A stretch of 64,000 nucleotides of DNA, taken from positions 3,779 through 67,778 of IMG/VR virus record IMGVR_UViG_3300031578_004185. One strand, 5' to 3'. Positions within the stretch are counted from its first letter, which is position 1; each line of letters opens with the position of its first letter. This DNA is from a virus. Under the pieces are notes generated by a model, which made no database searches, was not told where the DNA came from, and worked only from the letters and a program-made list of their open reading frames with translations. The position numbers were made by a program, and so were the translations under genes. Below, piece by piece: positions 1 to 7,169 of the stretch.

Positions 1-1561
1 GACGGACGACTCTGGTGTCGTCGGTATCCGTAATACCCAAGGCAAACTCTGCATATCCTTCGACCCCGCCGACCTGCTAGAATTTCTCCGTTACTCTTCC
101 AAGAAAACAGTGCGGGTTTTCTGGGATCTTGATGCATCTATCGCGTCAGTCCTTAAAACCCTCTCAAAATCGGTTCTGGTGCGTCTGGTGGCGTTTGACG
201 ACGACCTTTCGGTGTCGGGGCACCAGCTCTACTACCTGCCCGACCGGATGTTCCGTGTTGGCCGTTCTCGTTACTACTCTATTAGACAATTCTGGCCAAC
301 CTCTGAGCCGACTCCTGGAACCCTTGAAGAAGTCCAAGCTAAGGCAGACGAACTAGCCGAGACTCTCACCGATTGCGGCATGGGCGACTTCACCCGCTTG
401 GTATCCCCCATATCCGTGTTCGAGGAGACCGAGCTGGGGCAACAGACCTATAACTCTATTCCTAAGGGCTACGAGATACCGCCGTCCTGCTTCGAGTGCT
501 TGGAATATGCGTCCAAGTGTGATAAACGAGAGTGGGTATCAGCATACCAGCTCGGTCATTGGGTAGGGGGCGAGATCTGGGACTACGACGTGAACTCGAT
601 GTACCCTTCCGTAGCATCCAACTTGTTCAATTTACACGAGATGGAGATGTGGAAGTCGGACAAGTTCGGGTCCCGAGAGCAGGGTGCTTACTACGGTTTC
701 CTGCGAGGACGCCTCTACCTTGACCCGTCCTCACCGACTATTCACTGCTCCCCTATTATTGCTGATCTTGAGCGGCTCCCCGGCAACCCCGCCGGAGACT
801 TCGGGGACGACTACCCTCTCACTCTGGACGAACTTCGCCTTATCCAGCGCAACGGCTGGGGGGAGTTCCGTATGAAAGACGGCTGGTTCTTGAAACCTTA
901 CGCTGGTGTCCGCCCTACCAGACCCTTCAAGGAGATTATGGATCATCTCTACCAACAACGCTATAAGTCCGAGCTGGTTAGTTCTATTATAAAGGGTGTC
1001 GCTAATCAGCTAATCGGGAAACTCATTGAGACCCGCGTAGATGGTGATTATGGTAAGTTGAGAAACGATATTTACCACGCTTTAATATTGTCCCAGGCGA
1101 GAGTAAAAGTAGCCGAGTTCCTACTCAATAACGATGTCCAGAAGGACGAGCTGGTAGCCGTGCAGACTGATGGTGTCCGTATGACCAAGTTCGTTCCGGT
1201 GAAGGGCAACGGTATGGGGAGTTGGCGGTGTAATGGAAGCCAAAGCACAATTGTCGCTTCGCCTTACCGAGTTTTCTGTGGTGACAAGAAGCCTGGTCAT
1301 TTGACTCATGATATGCTTGTGTCGATGATACAGGAACATCCTCTCTCAAAATACTATGGAACAAACGTCAAGCATCGTTTAACTTTGCGCCAAGCACTTC
1401 AGATAGGAGATATAGCGTTAGTTGGTACAATTGATAACTTACCTGCACATATTGATTTACTGGCGCTCACTCGCGAGCAAAACAGGAACTTTTCTCGTTT
1501 CCCCCAAACTGGCTCAAGTCTACTTAGCAACCAGTACCAATCCACCCCAATAATTCTTTAG
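1..1561 (+). CDS. Divergent family B DNA polymerase (protein-primed-like), 5' partial
   Basis: Motif A DYDVNSMYPS, motif B KGVANQLIGK, motif C VQTDGV; the frame is open from base 2, so the start lies upstream of the window. Confidence 0.75.
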   Translation, partial: TDDSGVVGIRNTQGKLCISFDPADLLEFLRYSSKKTVRVFWDLDASIASVLKTLSKSVLVRLVAFDDDLSVSGHQLYYLPDRMFRVGRSRYYSIRQFWPTSEPTPGTLEEVQAKADELAETLTDCGMGDFTRLVSPISVFEETELGQQTYNSIPKGYEIPPSCFECLEYASKCDKREWVSAYQLGHWVGGEIWDYDVNSMYPSVASNLFNLHEMEMWKSDKFGSREQGAYYGFLRGRLYLDPSSPTIHCSPIIADLERLPGNPAGDFGDDYPLTLDELRLIQRNGWGEFRMKDGWFLKPYAGVRPTRPFKEIMDHLYQQRYKSELVSSIIKGVANQLIGKLIETRVDGDYGKLRNDIYHALILSQARVKVAEFLLNNDVQKDELVAVQTDGVRMTKFVPVKGNGMGSWRCNGSQSTIVASPYRVFCGDKKPGHLTHDMLVSMIQEHPLSKYYGTNVKHRLTLRQALQIGDIALVGTIDNLPAHIDLLALTREQNRNFSRFPQTGSSLLSNQYQSTPIIL

Positions 1562-1580
1562 AAAAATCTTTGGTTACCCC

Positions 1581-1609
1581 TTGACAAATGTTCAGTAGTA
1601 TGCTATGCT
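1581..1609 (+). promoter_or_regulatory. sigma70-type promoter with extended -10
   Basis: TTGACA(1581-86), 17 nt, TATGCT(1604-09), TG at 1601-02. Confidence 0.85.
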
Positions 1610-1615
1610 ATTTGT

Positions 1616-1783
1616 ATGGACATTAAAGAGGTTCGCAAGCAGTTGGGAATGACTTCTCAGGACTTGGCTGTAGTTCTCGGTGTATCTGTTGCTACTGTGA
1701 GTCGCTGGGAGACCGGGAAGCACAAGCCTTCCAAGTTGGCTCTGTTGCGTCTGAAGGAGTTGATCGACAAAATGAAAACTTGA
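1616..1783 (+). CDS. XRE/Cro-like HTH regulator (55 aa, probably leaderless)
   Basis: Manual translation MDIKEVRKQLGMTSQDLAVVLGVSVATVSRWETGKHKPSKLALLRL; ATG 7 nt after the -10 box, no SD. Confidence 0.9.
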   Translation: MDIKEVRKQLGMTSQDLAVVLGVSVATVSRWETGKHKPSKLALLRLKELIDKMKT

Positions 1784-1862
1784 TGGTTGCCGTGACTTGA
1801 TTTCGTGTGGCTTGAGGTTCCTTGTATTCAATCGGTTTTTATTAAGCTAAATTAAGCAAAAA
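1778..1862 (+). ncRNA. Candidate guide RNA 1: 5-nt-periodic array (KTG-like trimer + variable NN)
   Basis: TTG cc GTG ac TTG at TTC gt GTG gc TTG ag GTT cc TTG ta TTC aa TCG gt TTT ta TTA ag CTA aa TTA ag; pyrimidine at the trimer centre in 14/14 units; leader ACTTGATGGTTG and trailer TTAAGCTA..AGCAAAA shared with array 2. Confidence 0.65.
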
Positions 1863-1879
1863 GTAGAAGGAGGCATTTT

Positions 1880-2497
1880 ATGCCAACAGCAATACCAGTA
1901 TATTTTTGGGAAGCCGAAGTCGAGGTTGAAACAAATGACTTAGCCTTTTCTCCACAGACTAATACCGAAGGTCGAGGGGCATTGGCGAAGCGGATATTCA
2001 CAGCAGACTGGCTCCACGATGGTCAGGTCTGGTTCAGTCCGTCCAAGAGGCTAGGAGGGTGGCTGAAGTCGCAGTTGCCACTGGCTAGGTCAACCTATGC
2101 TAACCAGATGGCTGCGGTCAAGGTCTTCCCCGCAGATGGTGATGGGGAGTATGTCCTTATTGCCGAAGTGAGCGAGTTGGTTGGAGGCAATAATCCTCTA
2201 CCTATGGCTCATGTGCTACCGAAGGGGTTGTCGTGTCCTTACTGGACATATATTAACGTCCCACAGGAGCGTGGGACTGGGACGAGGGTTGCCCCAACTT
2301 ATTGGTATGAGTTGCATAAACCCGTTGTCCACCGAGTCCGCATCCTGAGCTTTGCTAGGGGCATTAGCCCTGAGATTGTGAAAGAGGCCCTGAGCAAGCT
2401 GGGCAGAGCTACCGGGATTGGCGATAAACATAGTGTTGGGAAGGGCAGATTCAAGTTGGTGAAGTTTGAATATAAGCAAGAGAAATTGGCACTTTAG
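1880..2497 (+). CDS. Solitary RAMP-superfamily protein (Cas7/Csm3-like)
   Basis: C-terminal glycine-rich loop LGRATGIGDKHSVGKGRFKL typical of RAMPs, N-terminal beta strand, 205 aa, strong SD AGGAGG; no other cas genes recognised. Confidence 0.75.
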   Translation: MPTAIPVYFWEAEVEVETNDLAFSPQTNTEGRGALAKRIFTADWLHDGQVWFSPSKRLGGWLKSQLPLARSTYANQMAAVKVFPADGDGEYVLIAEVSELVGGNNPLPMAHVLPKGLSCPYWTYINVPQERGTGTRVAPTYWYELHKPVVHRVRILSFARGISPEIVKEALSKLGRATGIGDKHSVGKGRFKLVKFEYKQEKLAL

Positions 2498-2507
2498 GAT
2501 ACTTGAG

Positions 2508-2587
2508 ACTTGATGGTTGAGTGTGGTACGCAGTTCAGTGTCGCGTGTCTCCTTGGATTGTACTGGGTTGTGTTAAGCTAAGCAAAA
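2508..2587 (+). ncRNA. Candidate guide RNA 2: 5-nt-periodic array
   Basis: Same 12-nt leader ACTTGATGGTTG (2508-19); GTG gt ACG ca GTT ca GTG tc GCG tg TCT cc TTG ga TTG ta CTG gg TTG tg TTA ag CTA ag CAAAA; central pyrimidine 12/12. Confidence 0.55.
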
Positions 2588-2604
2588 TATTACCGAGGTT
2601 GGAA

Positions 2605-3030
2605 ATGACGGAAAACGAGATAAACGAGAAGGTCAAAGAGTGGTTGACTAGCCAAGGGTACGTCTATAAGGGTGTCCTAAATGCCAAGCCTAAAGAGGGT
2701 GCTAATCCGAATGGCTATGGTCAAGTAGCAGTCCCCGACGGAACTAGGGATGTTCTTATTGACCATACCGGACACAAAGATAGACCTGTTGACCTTATTT
2801 GGATAGAAGCTAAAGGTTCAGGCATCGGATTGTCTATGCTCCTTCAGGGGTTCGCCAGAGTTGGCTACGCCGTTTATCATGGGGGCGGGCGAGGGTTACT
2901 TGCCTGTCCTGCTACCGAGTTTGATACGATGTTCGCCCAAAGGGATTTTCTGAAGGCTATCGGAGTCGCCAGTGAGAGGTCTTTGGGACTGCTGGATGGA
3001 GAGTCCGGGAGAGTTGAGTGGCTGACCTAA
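2605..3030 (+). CDS. PD-(D/E)XK restriction-endonuclease-like protein
   Basis: DVLIDH...LIWIEAKG catalytic pattern; probable start ATG 2605 after GAGG. Confidence 0.6.
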   Translation: MTENEINEKVKEWLTSQGYVYKGVLNAKPKEGANPNGYGQVAVPDGTRDVLIDHTGHKDRPVDLIWIEAKGSGIGLSMLLQGFARVGYAVYHGGGRGLLACPATEFDTMFAQRDFLKAIGVASERSLGLLDGESGRVEWLT

Positions 3031-3037
3031 GCAACTT

Positions 3038-3226
3038 ATGGGAGTTACACTGAGACAGGCGATCCAGCAGGGGGACGTCAGCAAAGTGGGGGAGCTGGAC
3101 GATCTACCTGCTCACTTGGATCTGATAGGGATTACTAGGGAGCAGAACAGGTACTTCCCGAAGCTCCCTAAGACAGGTAGGGCGTTGCTGAACGGGAGGT
3201 ACCAGTCGAAGGCAGTAGTCCTCTAG
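3038..3226 (+). pseudogene. Orphan C-terminal fragment of the polB-like gene (second allele)
   Basis: TLRQAIQQGDVSKVGELDDLPAHLDLIGITREQNRYFPKLPKTG aligns with TLRQALQIGDIALVGTIDNLPAHIDLLALTREQNRNFSRFPQTG at the end of 1..1561. Confidence 0.85.
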
Positions 3227-3231
3227 GGGTA

Positions 3232-3260
3232 TTGACAAACACTAAAGCCTGTGATAAGGT
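3232..3260 (+). promoter_or_regulatory. sigma70-type promoter
   Basis: TTGACA, 17 nt, TAAGGT with TG extension. Confidence 0.7.
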
Positions 3261-3270
3261 GGTAGGTAGC

Positions 3271-3450
3271 ATGAGAGCAGACGATATCCGAAGAATAAGG
3301 CTCAGTTTGAGTATGTCCCAGCAGCGATTCGCCGAGAGGCTGGGGGTCAGCATTACCACCGTGAACAGATGGGAGCGTGGTCGCTCTAACCCCTCTCCTC
3401 TTGCTCTGACACGGTTGCGAAGGATGCAGCGGAAGGTGGTGGTGGAATGA
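3271..3450 (+). CDS. XRE/Cro-like HTH regulator (paralog of 1616..1783)
   Basis: MRADDIRRIRLSLSMSQQRFAERLGVSITTVNRWERGRSNPSPLAL. Confidence 0.9.
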   Translation: MRADDIRRIRLSLSMSQQRFAERLGVSITTVNRWERGRSNPSPLALTRLRRMQRKVVVE

Positions 3451-4079
3451 CCAATCCTGTATCAATCAGCCCCAGTTCGTTCTCGGATTCCTTTCTGCTA
3501 AAGCGGTCTATGGAGTACGAGATCCCCGCGGACACCGAGAGGCGTTCCAAGTTCTCGGTATCCGGTTTCCCCACAAAGTTACTTAACGCTGTCAACTATA
3601 CTATTCCCAAGAGATTGGATGGCAAGTGGCGGAAGAGCATCGCCAACACGGAGCGGTTCCTGTTGAGCATCGGCATTCCTTTGCTGGACAAGGCGACCGA
3701 GAAGTGTTCTATCTTTAGAGAACTGATGGCAGAGGCTGTTGACACGGATGATGACGTCAAGCAAAACTACCTCCGCTCAATGCGCTTCCTCTATTCGGTT
3801 GATGACATGCGGATTACCGGTGGGAGAGAGATAAACCAAGGGGGTACGCAAGTGCAGTGCCTTGAGAGGGATGTTCAAGCTGTGAAGGAAGTACAGGTGC
3901 GGTTGGGGATGACGGGAGTAACGCAATCGGCACTGGTTGTCCTTTCTCTGGTATGGACACTGTCCACTGACAACGATAACCAGGTAGTGTCTATACCGAT
4001 ACAGAAGATATGCCATCGGGTGGTGACACAGTTCCGTGAGAAGGTAACCCTTTGGGAAGCGGAGTTGCGTCGCGGGTAG
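3447..4079 (+). CDS. Hypothetical protein (210 aa)
   Basis: ORF coupled to the HTH gene by ATGA overlap. Confidence 0.7.
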   Translation: MTNPVSISPSSFSDSFLLKRSMEYEIPADTERRSKFSVSGFPTKLLNAVNYTIPKRLDGKWRKSIANTERFLLSIGIPLLDKATEKCSIFRELMAEAVDTDDDVKQNYLRSMRFLYSVDDMRITGGREINQGGTQVQCLERDVQAVKEVQVRLGMTGVTQSALVVLSLVWTLSTDNDNQVVSIPIQKICHRVVTQFREKVTLWEAELRRG

Positions 4080-4102
4080 CAACAATGCTCTACTGCGCTA
4101 GT

Positions 4103-4174
4103 GCACTAATACACTATTACACTAACACACTATTACACTACTATACTATTGCACTACTATACTATTGCACTATT
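4103..4174. repeat. Nine tandem 8-bp repeats (RYACTANT), iteron-like
   Basis: gcactaat acactatt acactaac acactatt acactact atactatt gcactact atactatt gcactatt. Confidence 0.9.
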
Positions 4175-4183
4175 AAATAGTCT

Positions 4184-4251
4184 CGCGTGCGCGCGCGTAC
4201 GCGCGTGGGGGTCCCGGGGAGGGGGTAAGGGGGTGTGGGGGGAAGGGGGGG
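4184..4251. other. 24-nt purine/pyrimidine alternation followed by G-tracts (Z-DNA/G-quadruplex potential)
   Basis: cgcgtgcgcgcgcgtacgcgcgtg, then six runs of 4-7 G. Confidence 0.75.
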
Positions 4252-4319
4252 TTTTGTAGACTATTGGGAACACCGACCGATTATTTACCAACAACTCGAA
4301 AAATAATCCCTTTGCCCTA

Positions 4320-4348
4320 TTGACAAACATAGAAATCTGTGGTAATAT
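4320..4348 (+). promoter_or_regulatory. sigma70-type promoter
   Basis: TTGACA, 17 nt, TAATAT with TG extension. Confidence 0.8.
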
Positions 4349-4399
4349 TATAGCGTTCATAGTTTGTGCGAAACTTTAATAGCGGAGGTCATAGTTTAG

Positions 4400-4750
4400 G
4401 TGGAATTGAATATCAGTCAAAGGCAAATGGCTTGGAATGCGATAAACCTAGCGAAGAGGGAGTTAGCCAAGGGGGACTACGATTCGGTCCGCTCCGCGAA
4501 CTATATGCTCCGTGATCTGGATGCCACGAGAGAAGCGGGCTTATCGGGTTTGGCTTGGGCGATACATAAAGGCACCGCCCATAAAAACGATGTTCTAGGA
4601 CTGATAGAGTACCTTGAAGATTATTTGCTGCTTTTGACTGATACCGAGAGAGAAACTGTAGGATATGCTTTTATCACGGAGTACAAAGAGGAGCTGAATG
4701 CCTTTCTGTTACGGCAGGTACGCAAGGTTAGGGAGCATTTTGGTGGGTAA
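4400..4750 (+). CDS. Hypothetical protein
   Basis: 116-aa ORF, SD GGAGG, GTG start. Confidence 0.65.
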   Translation: MELNISQRQMAWNAINLAKRELAKGDYDSVRSANYMLRDLDATREAGLSGLAWAIHKGTAHKNDVLGLIEYLEDYLLLLTDTERETVGYAFITEYKEELNAFLLRQVRKVREHFGG

Positions 4751-4774
4751 AGTGACTGTTCTAGGAGGTTAAAA

Positions 4775-5257
4775 ATGCTGATAGATAAAGTAAAGGAGAT
4801 ACTGGGCGATCTGGAGTACACTGAGTACAATGAGTCAGGGAATAAGTTTATTGATGCTGCCCTTGATATAAAGCAAGTCAATGAAACTGCCAAACAAATC
4901 TGCCAGCTCTCTCCCAAATCCCCTGATAATCCAGAGGGGTACGAGGGTAGGTTGCTGACGGATGATGGGGAATTGAGGAGAAGGATTAGTAGGGTGCTAC
5001 ACAAGGCTATCAGGCAATTTGAAATTGAAGAATACCCCGAAGCATTCGACTTAAGTGTGCATATTGACCAAATCATAGCCAATACCCAAGCAAACTACAG
5101 GGAAAGGATAGAGGGGATACTGCAGATTTTCACAGATTGGGACAAATGGTCAGTTGAAGAAGGCGGTGAGAAGAAGTTCCAAAAGAAGTATGGCAGGGAT
5201 ACAGCCAGCATTTTAGACGTGGTAGAGCAAGCTCTCAAGGAGGAATTAAATGGATAA
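4775..5257 (+). CDS. Hypothetical protein
   Basis: 160-aa acidic ORF, SD AGGAGG. Confidence 0.7.
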   Translation: MLIDKVKEILGDLEYTEYNESGNKFIDAALDIKQVNETAKQICQLSPKSPDNPEGYEGRLLTDDGELRRRISRVLHKAIRQFEIEEYPEAFDLSVHIDQIIANTQANYRERIEGILQIFTDWDKWSVEEGGEKKFQKKYGRDTASILDVVEQALKEELNG

Positions 5258-5561
5258 AGAAGCAGTAGAGAAGATAGCAAAGAGTATGTTTCAGTTGGTA
5301 TTTTTGGTAGATGACAAAGAGATTGAGCAGCGCTGGGAGCATCTCCAGTTAAGTGTTAAGAGGCAGTGGAGCGATAAAGCAGAGAACCTAATTGAAGTTT
5401 TTGAGGAATTCGGCTACCGCAAACCAACTGAACCACCATTATTGAGTGATGAGGAGATAGATGAAGTTGCACGGGCAGAGAGTCGTCTTACTTGGCTACA
5501 ATATGGGCGTGATATAGCCCAAGCCCAGTTCCAACTCTGTAAAAAGCACTATGAAGGATAA
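5250..5561 (+). CDS. Hypothetical protein
   Basis: 103-aa ORF, SD GGAGG, overlaps upstream stop. Confidence 0.7.
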   Translation: MDKEAVEKIAKSMFQLVFLVDDKEIEQRWEHLQLSVKRQWSDKAENLIEVFEEFGYRKPTEPPLLSDEEIDEVARAESRLTWLQYGRDIAQAQFQLCKKHYEG

Positions 5562-5967
5562 GGAGGAAGATATGTTTAAGGAATTCAGTAAGAGAGTAAA
5601 GAAGGCTTTCTATCCCAAGAAACCCCCGACAAACTGGATGGCTTATAGCCGGGTAGCTTTTACGTGGTTGGTAGTAGGGTTCTGTAGTGGGTTACTGCTG
5701 ATAGTTATAGGGATAGTTCTTGTCGCAGAGGGTGGTGTTAAGCCAGTGGTCTGGTTCGTTGTTGGAGTTCTAGGTTTCATAACCCTCTACTGGGCTTGGA
5801 TAGCTCTCGATGATGCAAAGAAGGACGGACTGTTTGCGTTGTTAGGTGGCAGAGCCCGGGAATTGTGGTTGAGGAGAAGTGAGAAGCTAGGCATAAAAGG
5901 ATTACAAGAGGCTTTAGATAATTTTAACAAGAAAGGAGATGGCAAAGGAGGTGATAGGTTGAAATAG
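5551..5967 (+). CDS. Membrane protein (2 TM)
   Basis: Two hydrophobic stretches. Confidence 0.65.
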   Translation: MKDKEEDMFKEFSKRVKKAFYPKKPPTNWMAYSRVAFTWLVVGFCSGLLLIVIGIVLVAEGGVKPVVWFVVGVLGFITLYWAWIALDDAKKDGLFALLGGRARELWLRRSEKLGIKGLQEALDNFNKKGDGKGGDRLK

Positions 5968-6013
5968 TCTATTGGTATTTTAGGCAGACTTTAATAAACG
6001 AAAGGAGAAGAAA

Positions 6014-6664
6014 ATGAAAAGGAAACTGGCAATCGCTTTAATGTTGGCTCTAGCGGTATCACTCGTGTTTGGTTCTACTGTACTAGCATGGGACTACGAA
6101 GACCCACAAATCAACAAGAATGCCCAGATGGACAATGGCAAGACAAGAGGCTACTCTCTGGATGATATGAATGACAACGGGCAAGGAAATAGTCCTATAT
6201 ATCCCGATGAGGGCGATAATATCTATGTTGATACCTATAGCCATAACGGAGACCTTGTGCACATATCCTTACTAACCAAAAATGGCAAGCGAGTAAGAAA
6301 GTATTCAACAGAAGAGATGGCTCTCGCTGACCCTGGGAATACAGGTGCTTGGAAAGCCTACGATGGCTGTATGTTCTACTTTGCCCTAGAGCCTATGGGT
6401 TGGAATACTCCGGATGAGAAAACACTCTACTTTACAGTTGTCCTACCCGATGGTAAGCTAAAGGTAAAGCGTAAGGGCACAGTCCGGTACCAGGACATTG
6501 ACTTCTCAGACGATAACTGGCGAGTGCAGATACCTGCTAGAGTCCAATTATGGGTTGGCGGAGTTGGCAACGGCGCTGCCGATAAACTTATCCTGAGTGA
6601 AGACGGGTCTATCTGGAACAGCCTAAAGGTTATTGGCGGTGAGATTACCATCACTAAAGTTTAA
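6014..6664 (+). CDS. Secreted protein with signal peptide
   Basis: MKRKLAIALMLALAVSLVFGSTVLA signal, SD AAGGAG. Confidence 0.75.
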   Translation: MKRKLAIALMLALAVSLVFGSTVLAWDYEDPQINKNAQMDNGKTRGYSLDDMNDNGQGNSPIYPDEGDNIYVDTYSHNGDLVHISLLTKNGKRVRKYSTEEMALADPGNTGAWKAYDGCMFYFALEPMGWNTPDEKTLYFTVVLPDGKLKVKRKGTVRYQDIDFSDDNWRVQIPARVQLWVGGVGNGAADKLILSEDGSIWNSLKVIGGEITITKV

Positions 6665-6834
6665 CCTCTTGACTCAGCCCATCAGCTTAGGTTGGTGGAC
6701 TGGGATGAGGAGATTAAAATGATGGACATACTGACACCTATTGAGATGTTCCTAAGTGGCGTAGCTTGCGGGCTAATACTGGGAGTAATTGCCCGGTGGA
6801 TAGGTAGCAAGGTGTTTAAGGATAAAGAGGTCAA

Positions 6835-7068
6835 ATGAGCGTGAAGGGTTATTTGGTGATAGAGCCTAGATACCGGTTCATTATTACCTTCTTCCATTAC
6901 GTAAGTAGGAAGTATCTCGGGGGTTTGCCAGCGAAGCCCTACATATTCGTAGAGGTAGAAGGGGAGACAGAAGGAGAATTAGAGGCTTGTTATCCTCAAT
7001 CCCCAACGAGTAGGTCATACTGGTTAGGGGAAGGAAGAAAAGTTTGCTTGGAGGAGATACTGAGATGA
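6835..7068 (+). CDS. Hypothetical protein
   Basis: 77-aa ORF with SD GAGG. Confidence 0.5.
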   Translation: MSVKGYLVIEPRYRFIITFFHYVSRKYLGGLPAKPYIFVEVEGETEGELEACYPQSPTSRSYWLGEGRKVCLEEILR

Positions 7069-7169
7069 GAAGACTTGTAATGTTTTACTCCGCTCTGCTC
7101 TTGATAGTGGCAGGTGTGATGTGTGCTTGCTGGGATAGTGTAGTGAATTATAACTTTAGGGCATGGTGA

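Noticed and set aside
1778-2587. Conventional CRISPR mini-array or Racr beside the RAMP gene
   Set aside because: There are no 25-40-bp repeats with spacers; the shared elements are only a 12-nt leader and a short trailer around pentamer periodicity
3014-3034. Third guide remnant (gttgagtggctgacctaagcaa) at the end of the nuclease gene
   Set aside because: Only about 3 units, out of phase and inside a coding sequence
4157-4360. Minus-strand ORF resembling a replication-initiator linker (TPPSPHTPLPP..HARTRAHAR)
   Set aside because: Short, no SD, and explained by the G-tract and CG alternation
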